Source of the DNA: Batkoa obscura
Lineage: Eukaryota
Reading direction: 5' to 3'
Length of the DNA stretch: 64,000 bases
NCBI GenBank assembly: GCA_030770535.1
Contig: JASVEC010000003.1
Coordinates: 124,001-188,000, forward strand
Notes under the pieces: model-generated
Database searches by the model: none
Told to the model about the DNA's origin: nothing
Seen by the model: only the letters and a program-made list of their open reading frames with translations
Part shown: piece by piece, positions 53,259-64,000 of the stretch
How the letters are laid out: each line of letters opens with the position of its first letter
How positions within the stretch are numbered: the stretch's first letter is position 1
Made by a program: the position numbers and the translations under genes

Positions 53259-55147
53259 TTAGTTGGCAAGCCCATAATCCAGTTCAAAGTGTTTATGAGA
53301 AATATACAAAACAACGATAGATAATAAAGAGGATATTAAAAATATCAAATCAAACCAGCGGTAAAAGAAATCAAAGCTAATATTACCCAAAACTAAACTT
53401 AATGAATTTCTATTAAAAAGCATATTGTTAGCGCTATTTTCTTTAACAATATCTCAAAACTTACCTATAATTTTCTGGAAAATTCGATCGCATCAATAAA
53501 ACAGTACTTAAAAAATACATCCCCATTGTTTCTGCTAAAAACAGTATCAAATTTTCCCTTAAAGTTTGAGATGTAAATACTTTAGTAAGCTAAAATTATG
53601 TTATTATAAGCTTCTTAACTAGTATTATCATCAATATGGTTTACCTTCATGAAATAGATTAATAGACTACGAATAGAAAACACGACTAACACCCCAATTA
53701 AAACAAAGCTAAGCTGTTGCGCCCAAAACTTTTGATCCAATTTCAAATTCCAAAAGTTTACTAAAATAGATAATCCCATAGTTACTGGATCCGTTTTTCC
53801 ATTTCGATCTAATATGATATTTATAAAAGACTAAACATTATTAGCATATATATATATTATGATATAATGTTTTTTACCATGAATATCCTGTATATACAAT
53901 AAGCACCAAATATATATCCTAAAGCATCCATGGCCTTTCCTTTAATTGTTCCAGAATGATTTAATCGATCCTATTTATAAACATGAATAACTTTTCTTTA
54001 TGATAAAGCTACTATACCTTTCTTCTATTTAATTGATTAACTTCAGAACTTATTTGGGATTGTAAATTTGCTAAAGTGTCAATCTCGTTTTGTACGGATT
54101 GAGAATCTAATAGATAATAAGTTTAAATATAATTTTGATAATGCAATAAGCTTACTTCTTGTAGTTAATCCTTGGGATATATTATTTATCATTGAAGTAA
54201 AGAATCCAGCTTCATTGCCCTAAAAAAATTAGACACGTTATCTAAAAGAGAAAAATAAAGTTACTCTCTGTTCTTCCTTAAACTGGCTTAATTCTAAGGT
54301 TAATTGTTTTTGTTTTTCACTAACTATCTGCAATGTATTTGTAAGCTCAATCTCATTCTTATTGATTTCATCCAAATTAGCTTGGCTAACAAAGTAAATA
54401 AATAATTTCAATATAAATACATAATTATATATACTGTAATAAAGGCAAGTAGGTATAGGCATTATAAATGGCGCCGAACCCAGATAATACAGAAATTAGA
54501 CCTACGCCTACTTTCCCTACTCGAGTTAAGCTTTGGATAAAAATCCATTCCGCTAAAATATTAATTATTAAACTATTAACTTAAAGCTAAAAACTTACAT
54601 AAGCCAACAGACCCAAAAGGGGTCTTTTCTTCATATCCAATCTTCCAAAACAGAGATAGCCACATTAACCATAATACCGAAATAGCGGATATTTTTGCTT
54701 TAAGGGTTAAACCTAGATTTATTAGCTATAAGATATGTAGTATCAATTCGTTTATTACCTGAGAACGGCTTTTTAGTCAGCATATAAATCTGAAGCAAAG
54801 GCAAAATCACAATCAACATCAGTAACGTGGCCCCTATACAAAACTTCCAATACCAAACTCGGAGACTATTAAACAAATTAATTATATAATATGTAATGAA
54901 AAGCTGACTCTTACTCTCGCATCCACTCCAAAATTTCAAATAACATCAATACACACAGCCCACCCGATAATGAAAAAATAATTGAAAACCAAGCTGGTAC
55001 TCCTAATGCTGACTCTTTTCGGATATCATAATCTTGATATAGCTGACGTACTAGAAAATAACGCCCTACGTAAAAGAAACTGGCTTGAAGTGCTATCATT
55101 AGCATCCCACTAGGTACTAAGGCTAATAAACTACTTTCATTTTGCAT
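53259..55147 (-). CDS. GPR89: Golgi pH regulator / GPR89 (GTG) family, multi-exon
   Basis: LMLFEILE, FWKIG, RVGKVGVGLISVLSGFGAI, DPVTMGL, WAQQLSFVLIG, MGMYFLSTVLLMR, FYRWFDLIFL. Confidence 0.88.
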
Positions 55148-55694
55148 TTTGATTAGAACCGATTTTAGTTAAAAAGTTATTGTTGTGTTTTCATTCTTTG
55201 GCAAAAAAAATGACTAGATAATTCCTAAATTGGTAAGTGGGCATATAAATTTTATTAAGTTGTTACTTTCAAAAGTAAATTTATCCGTACTTCAATAGCC
55301 CTTTTTAATGGGTGATCGTTGGATGAGGAAGTGCAAATATTCAAAAATGAACTGGCAGAATTTAAAGCTGCAAAAAATATGTTGAATCTACTTGATACAT
55401 CTTATTTCGAAAATAACAACTCAGTAAATAAAAATGAAAGAATATCAATTTCTAATGTATCGACTTGAAAATATGTACATAATATTAATAAGAATGTATC
55501 TTTTTGTATTTGCTATCAATACTGTATACTATCATTATTTGCAGTGCTAAGATTTTTTTCATAAAAAGCCGAACTCTAAAATGAACAAATTTTTAATTAA
55601 AGCTAAAAACATCCCATAAGTATTAAGGCAAAAAACTCAAATTGCAATTGTTTATTTTTAATATCCAATTCATATAGAAAATCAAAAATAGAAA

Positions 55695-56972
55695 ATGTTT
55701 AGAAGAGCACTAACATTATATAAAAATAACATAATAAATGGCTTAGGAGCCACTATCAAAGCCACTATCCCTAAGCCTAATATAACGAGTTTGAGATTGT
55801 CAAGTAGTGACGCGACGCAAAGCTTGGGCCAAAAGTATCAAGTTTTCAGACCCGAAGTAGAGTATGAAAGAGTAGAAGTTGACGAAATTGAACAGAATGA
55901 ATTTGATCCAAAAAGCTCAAAACGTTGTGGTTTAATAGCAAAGAAAAAAGGAATGACCTGCATATGGGACGAAAGCGGTAATCAGATCCCATGTACTGTG
56001 TTACAGGTATGCATTTAAATGTACTAATAAGTTAGAAAAACAAGATAATTTCATAGTAAAAAATAAGTATACTAATATTTAAATTAAAAGGTCGAAGACT
56101 GCCAAGTAGTATTCCAAAAGACTGAAGAAGTGGACGGCTATTTAGCTTTACAACTTGGTGCTGTAAACCGTGAACAACATAAAGTTAGTAAACCCCTTCT
56201 TGGACATTTTATTAGCAATGGCGTTGAACCAAAACATCGTTTAGTCGAATTTAAAGTTACCCCTGACGCTACTTTGCCTGTTGGTAAGTTTTTTGGAGTT
56301 TAAAACGTCCATTTATTATATTCCACCTTACATTATACTAATAACACTCTAGGAACCACTTTATCTGCAGCTCATTTTTTACCTGGCCAATTTGTTGATG
56401 CTCGTGCACCAAGGTAAGATTATTTATGAGTCAAATTGGTTGTCCTAAATTGTAAAATAGTAAAGGTAAAGGTTTCCAGGGTGGTATGAAGCGCCATGGA
56501 TTTGCAGGTTTAAGAGCGTCTCATGGTGTATCTTTAACTCATCGCTCTATTGGTTCTACAGGCCAACGTGCTCAGCCTGGTAAAGTTTTTAAGGGCAAAA
56601 AAATGCCTGGTAGAATGGGTGGGAACTTTGTTACAGTACAGAACTGCAAAGTAAGCTTTAAATCAAATTCTAGAATATTATTGATCAAATAATTTAAAAA
56701 TAACTTTTTAGGTTATCAAAGTCGATACTGAATTAAACTTAATTTATTTAAAAGGATGTATCCCAGGCTTCAATGAACAATATGTCACTTTAGTAGACTC
56801 AGTTAAAAAGATAGGACTTCAAAAATATGGACTTAGTAAGCAACAAAGTTATCAACCACCTCAAGATTTCAAACCACCTTTCCCTACCTATAACCCAGCT
56901 TTATTGAAAGATACCCCTAGAGAGCTAGTCGCTAAACTTAATGTTAAAGAAGTTCCAATTACTAAATCTTAG
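55695..56972 (+). CDS. MRPL9: mitochondrial ribosomal protein uL3m, 5 exons
   Basis: Presequence [64 protein letters not shown]. Confidence 0.93.
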
Positions 56973-57202
56973 ACTGTTGACAACCTATAATCTTGGTTAC
57001 TAACTTAAAATAATAAAATTAAAAGAATTTTAAGGTTTTTTGTTATTATACCGATACTCATGACTATTCTATTTGTGTAAGATTCACTGCATTTTATTAA
57101 TGATATTTCTTACTTTATTTTAAATAAAGATATTGTATTAAAATGTAAAATCCATCAATATTCTATACTTATGAAATTAAGATATAGTTTCTATTTTACA
57201 TA

Positions 57203-57297
57203 TGGGGGGTGTTTTTTTGTTAAAAAATATTACTAATAGTTATTCCAAATAGCTCTTGGAAAATGGAAGAAGTGATGAAACTAAAAAAACATTCCCA
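57203..57297 (+). mobile_element. MITE (diverged, small deletions)
   Basis: TA-TGGGGGGTGTTTT...AAAAAACATTCCCA-TA. Confidence 0.75.
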
Positions 57298-58319
57298 TAT
57301 ACTGCCAGTTTGTAACCATAGTTTATTATTTTTAGTTAAACTTTTGTAGTTGGGTTAATTTAAGAGCTCAGTTCAATTTTTGTCCAATTTAGATTTTTAG
57401 CAAAAATTGCGAGTTAAGCACAAGGTGCTACAAAATTATTTGATTTTACTTAATTTTAAAATTACTTGTAAGAACGTTTTTTTATCCAGTATTTACACTA
57501 GTGTCACACCAATTGATCCAACCAAAACCAACTTTTTTAAATATTCTGATATTATTTTTCAAATGATAAAGACAAGCAAACAAAAACTACACTATTAAAA
57601 TCTCTGTGAATTAAAAATTAAAATGATGTATTAAAAAAGTATTATTTATTATAAAATTATTTAATTTATTGTTATTCAAAGTTAAGTAGGTAATTGTAAC
57701 AAATTTTGCTTTTTTAAAGCAAAAATAAGTTAAAAATACCAACAGTGTATATTTTTTTAAAATAAACAAATTGTTTGTAAGATACTTTTTTAATAAAACT
57801 AATGATAAAAACATATATAATATAAATATACTCCAATTTTCAAATATTCTAATTAAGTTTTAATAGTTGTTTTTTATTAAAAGCTTAATAAAACTTTAAA
57901 ATCACTGCTAAAATTTAAATTAAAAACTATATTAGCTTAATAAAAAAGTATGAATTTTTAATATTATCATTATAACATCTTATATTATAATAACAATAAT
58001 AATAATAAAATTTTAATCATGAATTATTCATTTATTTTAAAAAATATATATTAATATAAATATTTTTTATTTAATTTTAATTTATTTTTATTTTAAGCTT
58101 TTTTAAAAAACAAATACTTTTTTTTTAAAAATACCAGCTTAAAATAATTATTTTGTTTAAAAAAGTTTTTAGTCTTTTTAAAGTTGTTTAAATTAATTTT
58201 TCAAATTAAATTAAAAATAATTATAAGGTTGCAAAAACAATTATTATAAAATATTGCTTTATCAGCGTTATAAGTAATTATAACATAACAATTAATTTGT
58301 TTATAAAAATTTCTACCAA

Positions 58320-58752
58320 TGTGAAAGTTGATACTTAATGGTTGGAGTTAAAAGCAGTCCTTGGTTGATTAACTTGGCTTGAGTCGAACGGTCTTAGTTT
58401 ATCTAACTAAGATAGACTTGAATTAATAGAAATAATACGTAATACGCTACGAATTATGTAAAACAAATATAATGGAAGATACTACTATGAAATCTACGTA
58501 AGATATTGTCAGAAAAACTTAATGGCTTTATTAATGATACGATATCAGGGAGTAATTCAATTAAAAAGTCTCGAGTTAGTATGTTGAAGAATCTCTTTTA
58601 TACTCCAACTGGGTGGCTATATATAAGGAACTTTGGATCGATTGTATCACATGAATTACAGTCAAATTGAATACAAGGCTACAACTAGCTTGTAAACAAG
58701 TTAAGTGATTATGTGATAATCAATTATAGAATTGATGAAACAATATTTCACA
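58320..58752 (+). mobile_element. solo-LTR-like repeat, copy 4
   Basis: TGTGAAA...TTTCACA termini; internal TATATATAAG; homologous to copies 1-3. Confidence 0.75.
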
Positions 58753-59740
58753 ACCCTTATATTATTAAATAAGATAAAACTTATAATATGAATCAGAAAT
58801 ATTAAAATAAAAACAAAAACAAATAAAAAATTTACTTATTTTATAACTTATATTAAAATATTTAATTATTAATATTAATTAAAAATTAAATCAATTGTAT
58901 TTATAATATAATAAAAGTCATTATTTATTTTGGGCTGGCACTTTGTTTCTAAAAAAAAGGATTCATTTTTTAGAGAAGCCTTTTGTTTTAAAAAGGCAAG
59001 GGATTGAGAATTCAAAATTTGTTCCAACCACCTATCTAACTTTAATAATAAATTAAATAATTTTATAATAAACAGTGACTTTTTGATATATCACTTCAAT
59101 TTTTAATTTAAAAAGATTTTAATAGGGATATTTTTGTTTATCTGTATTTTCTATTCAAAACATTATAATTAAATATGTGAAAAATTTCCTTCAGTTGAAT
59201 CAATAATTGCGGTTAGTGGATTTTAAAAATTTCAAAAATCTACACTATATAGAAAAGGACAAAAAAAGTAAATTCGAAAATTTTATCTTAGTTTTAATTG
59301 AACCTTTAAACTTACCCCAGTTCAAGGTTATTAAAAATACTAAAATACTAGAGTTAATACTGATTGAAGTCAGTAGTCTGTTAAGATACTTCCTGCCAAA
59401 AGGTACTTGTGAAACATGATTAGAACTTATCAAGAATAATTATACTACCATTTAAGTTACTATACATAATATAAAGAATAGTATTAGCAAAAAGTAATAT
59501 CCTTTATGTGAATAAACTTTGATTTATAACTGATAAAAATGTCAATTAAATCGACCTTAACTATAAAAAAAACACTTTTATAGATAAAAAGCTTTTATTA
59601 GAAAAAGTTATAAAAGATGACTGGGTTTAAATACGAATCATAAATCATATTTTTAAAACCAATTTTAAATAATAATTGTTAAAATAATATTCACAAATAT
59701 TATCTAAATTTATTTTGTATTAGAATAGGCATAAAATAAA

Positions 59741-59834
59741 TGGGGGTGTTTTTTAGCTTCATTGTTTTTTCCATTTTTTAAGCGCTATCTGAGCAGTAAG
59801 ATTGTTAGTAAAATTCAACAAAAATACACCCACA
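59741..59834 (-). mobile_element. MITE (diverged)
   Basis: TGGGGGTGTTTTTAGCTTC...AAAATACACCCACA-TA. Confidence 0.8.
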
Positions 59835-60866
59835 TATTCTAGCAAAATTTTATTACTAAACTGTTAACTAAGCTGTAATAGAGCTGCAGCGGCTATAATG
59901 CACTTAAGTTTAAATAATGAGTTAATACTTATTTTTTTGAATTCCTAGCATTAAGGGTTATGTTTTTGTTTCAAAGAATGATTTAGATTTTAAATTAAAT
60001 TTCAAGAACAACTGTTGTGTTGTTTACTATGTGAGTTTATTAATATGTTTAAATTTATTTAATTTAAAACATTTTCAACTGATAAATCTAAAATTTATTT
60101 CACTTTACAAAACCCTTAACATACCATTTAATCTATTAGTTATTCCAATAATCAATATAGTTATAAATAATATAATTTTATATATTTAATATTCGTATTG
60201 ATATATTGGGCAATATTATTGAAACCTTTATACTTTACATTTTGGTTATTTTGTCATTTTCTGTTTATTGACATTTATTTGGATATTGTAGCTAAATTCT
60301 GTAAAACCCTAAAACTGGGAGGGGTTATAAAATAGCATAATTAGATTGCTATGTTAATAAACGTAAGCTTTTCATATAGGTTATAAAGATAAAAAGCAAG
60401 AAGTGAGAAATGGCTGTGCATTCAGACTAATCATTTTGCCGATCATCGTGAAGGTAATACTATTTTTCAAAAGTAACACAGCTTTATTTTTAAATATTGT
60501 TTCAGTTGTATCTCCCATGATCATCTACATTAAGTGTGCTATTGTTTACCATATCCCCTATAATAAATATTAAATGCTTACCAAATAGTTTCACAAAGCG
60601 CAATGGTATTAGCTTAAATTAATAATCGTAAATATTTTTACGGCACTATACAAGTGATAAACTTATAAAGGTGATTGGAAATAGAAGATTAAGAATAACC
60701 CGCTAAAATTAGCTTTCAATAAGAAAAGTAAAAACCTATTTTTATGGTCTTTGCTCCAGTAAGGGTAATGTTTCATTTTAGCTTTCTATTCTAATTAACT
60801 TTAAGATAAAAATGTGATGTATGAACAAAGGGATGCTTTTTTGTTTAATTAATTGATTTAGCCTTA

Positions 60867-61760
60867 ATGTATATCTTTACACCTTTTTATTTGACAGCCA
60901 TTTGCGCAACTTCAATATGTCTAGTAATCAATTTATTTTTGATTTATTTTGCAAGCAAATTATCTTGTAAAGGATTTGATGTAAAACTGATAATGGCTTT
61001 AGCTTTTTTAGAGTTTCTTGCACCGATTGCAGTACTATCGGATCTCATCTATTATTTTATCGATGGACAAAAATTAATAGAAAATCAATATGGATGTTCG
61101 TTTTATGGCTTTATAATATTATTTATTTATCAATACGAAATTGTTTTAAACGCTTTGTTATCAATGGAAAGATTAGGAAAAATTAAAAAATCAGTATTGT
61201 TTGAATATGCTTATCGCCCTGTAATAATTAACTTAATTATTTTTACAGTCCTACTGGTCGCTTGTGCTGCAACAAATTCATTTGCGGTTTCATCATCAAA
61301 GCTAAGTTGTTTGCTAGATGTTAGAAATAGTATAGTAGCTTCGGTCACTTATCATTATTCTCTTTTGAGTTGTTTTATTAGTGTTGGATTATTATCATAT
61401 TCATACTACTGTATAGCTAATGAGATTAGTGAATTTAAAGAAATAGTGTCAGCAGAGCTAGGATCTAATAGTGAAGCAGGTAGTGGAAAAACATTCTCAA
61501 GTTTGAAAAAGGCATCACTTAAAGTATACTTGATCTTAGTTATTTATGTAACATGTATGCTTGTTTCGCTTATCAGTTTATTTGTCGAATCGACATTCAA
61601 GTATATATATGGTGATTCTTTTAAACAAGCCAAGGGACTCAATTCAGCTGCTAGTATTTTATTTGTTTTTGGAATGATTTTTAATGGATTGTTAGTACTT
61701 ACCTTACATAGTGGAATTGCAGGCGAAGTAAAATCTTTTATGCAAAAAACACATAAATAG
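60867..61760 (+). CDS. 7-TM GPCR-like protein, class A-like
   Basis: Seven hydrophobic segments; Cys at top of TM3 and in ECL2; ALLSMER at end of TM3; intronless 297 aa. Confidence 0.75.
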   Translation: MYIFTPFYLTAICATSICLVINLFLIYFASKLSCKGFDVKLIMALAFLEFLAPIAVLSDLIYYFIDGQKLIENQYGCSFYGFIILFIYQYEIVLNALLSMERLGKIKKSVLFEYAYRPVIINLIIFTVLLVACAATNSFAVSSSKLSCLLDVRNSIVASVTYHYSLLSCFISVGLLSYSYYCIANEISEFKEIVSAELGSNSEAGSGKTFSSLKKASLKVYLILVIYVTCMLVSLISLFVESTFKYIYGDSFKQAKGLNSAASILFVFGMIFNGLLVLTLHSGIAGEVKSFMQKTHK

Positions 61761-62131
61761 TTTCAGGATATAAATATAAAGTTTATATTAGAAGATGAAA
61801 CGATTAAATAAGTGTCCGAGCTATACCTAGGCATATATATTTTAGCTCCCTTTATCTTAGGACTAAGAGAAGCACATAATCGTTGTTTTAAATAAGTTGA
61901 TGAGCATAGGTCTTCAATAAATAATATAAAAATTAAAACATTAAACAACTTTTTTGAGCAATTTAAACAATTGATAGCTACAAGACAAATAGGGTTTTAT
62001 AGATGGGTTTAAATGGTTATAACTTTAATAAAAATAAATGCAAAGCGACTAATTTTATTGATGTTTTTACTAATAGTTTTATTAAAAGAATTATAAATGT
62101 TATGCCTTGTTAGCTTTTAAACTAAAGCATA

Positions 62132-62231
62132 TGAGGATGTTTTTTTGGTTTCATTACTTTTTCCATTTTTTAAGCGCTATATAAGTGGAAAAATTGCTAG
62201 TAAAATTCTTGAACAAAAAAATACATCCCCC
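62132..62231 (-). mobile_element. MITE
   Basis: TA-TGAGGATGTTTT...AAAATACATCCCCC-TA. Confidence 0.85.
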
Positions 62232-63137
62232 TATCTAAATTCAAATTCATAGTTATTTTTTATGCTTATTAAATTTAACCTGGTATATACATTAGCTATA
62301 GATCAAAGATTACATACTAAACGTACTGCCTTCTATCAACGCGATTATTAGTATTCTATATATCAACTCGAACGGTGATAAAATTAACTTTTTAACAACT
62401 TCAATATTTTATGAGTATCTCTTGCCAGAAAGTATACCAACAATCTGCTTAACTTTAAATACTACTAACATTGGTATACTATAATTTTTAAACAAACTTC
62501 AAATATGAAAATTTTCTACATCATAGACTACTTGTTGTACTACTTTATCAAATTATTTCCTTTCTTTTTGCAGCTATGGTTGCTTAAGTAGCTTCGCAAA
62601 ACTATTAAACCTTGTATTTTTTACTTATTTACAATATCATTATTTTATAGTACTTAAATCAAAATTTAAAAATGTTGTTTAGAAAATTTTAAACTATATT
62701 TCGTGTTCATTACCCTTTTCTTAGTTTACTAATATTTTTATAAGATACATATACTTTGTAAAAATGCTTTCTAGACATGAATGTCGCCATTGAAATGACT
62801 TCGCGTAGTATTTTAAATATACATTATGGCTCAAAGGCTATTAGTAAATCTGCGCGAAATTTTAAAAAGACAAAGAAGGTTCAGATAAAAGGATAAATCT
62901 TTATATGCTATCAAAAGGTCCTTGTATGCAAATGAGGCTTAAAGAACCTTTTAATAACAAGTTTCATTATCTAGACTCAATAAAACACCAACATGGATTA
63001 TTAAAAAATCATTTAATCCCATGTGTTTAAAATTAAAACATTTAATATGCTGAGATTAAAATTAAAACAGTATTATTAATTTAATAGTTTATTTTTTTAA
63101 GATTTAATTTACACTACAAAAATCATTGATTTTAAAT

Positions 63138-63549
63138 TTAAAAATCGACCAAATTATCTGAAAAAGAGGAACTTCTTCCGCGGCTATCACTAAAATCCGA
63201 AAGATTGATGACAATATCATCATTATCTCTGTACGCATAAACAGACTCTGCGCTCCTTGGAATATCAGTGATCCTTCTTTCACTACTTTGAAGCAAAACA
63301 CGCCCATAACAATCTCTTTCATTATATATCTTGGCTCTATAACCACGTGGTAAGTTAATTACTCTAACATCACGATCAAGGTTTACACAAATCTTTGATG
63401 CTCTTGTTTCTGGAATCGTGAGAACCTCACTTCGTCTTTCTAATCTATGGTTTAGTTTATTATTTTATCAAAATTTCGAGAAAATTACCTAAGTTTGCTC
63501 CATAAACTAAGGGGGCTAATAAGGCTATCATATAGATTTTTTTAAACAT
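63138..63549 (-). CDS. small secreted protein, 120 aa, 2 exons (63549-63489, 63439-63138)
   Basis: MFKKIYMIALLAPLVYGA signal, NLERR Kex2-type site across a 49 nt GT-AG intron, then ICVNL..LPRGYRAKIYNERDCYG; total CDS 363 nt. Confidence 0.75.
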
Positions 63550-64000
63550 TTTTTGTATTGTTTGGTAAAAGTTACTTTATTTTATTTATATACTTTTTAC
63601 TTTACATTATTGCCCGTTGATCTATTTTCGAAGACTTCTTTTTAAGTCAATTTTTCATCTAATTTTTTATCTTTATTTCTCGTTGATTTGTTCTAGTCGA
63701 TGACCATGTTTTGAGTTTATAATTTTAGTACCCGATTTTCAAATTTCAGTTTGACTAAGATTTTAACAATAATAATTTTAATATTAGCAATACTATAATA
63801 TAATATTTAATAATAAAAACCTTTAATTAAAGATTCATCTAAATTAAGTAGATTTGTTAATAAGGTCAAAAGTTGATTTTCAAGTACACTGATATACTGC
63901 TATTATAACAACTTAATATATCCCTAATATTTAAAAATATTTAAAAAGTGATGTTAAATTAATATTATTTACAAACAATATCAAATTATTTAATGATATA

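Noticed and set aside
53511..53525. Exact MITE TIR match AAAAATACATCCCCA inside GPR89
   Set aside because: It encodes the conserved MGMYF motif of GPR89; no MITE body or second TIR, so a chance match.
57600..58310. Extremely AT-rich tract as centromere or origin
   Set aside because: Similar tracts occur elsewhere in the window and there is no specific signature.
63104..63346. 80 aa ORF from the track
   Set aside because: Overlapping alternative frame; the spliced signal-peptide frame gives a more coherent gene.

Overview
Very AT-rich eukaryotic DNA with short GT-AG introns. Gene content and style suggest an early-diverging fungus, possibly Entomophthoromycotina/Zoopagomycota (inference only). 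Three compact, intron-rich housekeeping blocks are present: about 3.7-11.7 kb (AMPK beta subunit, Vps2/Did4, Dus3, an MT-A70/METTL4-like methyltransferase, Erv14, a small basic protein), 20.2-25.4 kb (acylamino-acid-releasing enzyme and a DHX35-like helicase) and 43.5-57 kb (Hrd1, a DUF4436-like protein, an orphan membrane protein, Rpb7, GPR89, mitochondrial L3). Between them are repeat-rich accessory zones. These hold most of about 22 copies of a ~100 bp TIR MITE, four solo-LTR-like elements, five paralogues of an F-box/LRR-like gene (one intact), two identical tRNA-Lys genes and several intronless lineage-specific genes. The clearest unusual structure is a 359 bp composite of two head-to-head MITEs plus the 159 bp between them, copied as a unit, inverted, into a neighbouring LTR-like element. 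A spliced gene for a small secreted protein, missed by the ORF track, lies at 63138-63549. Exon boundaries were read by eye and no database searches were run.
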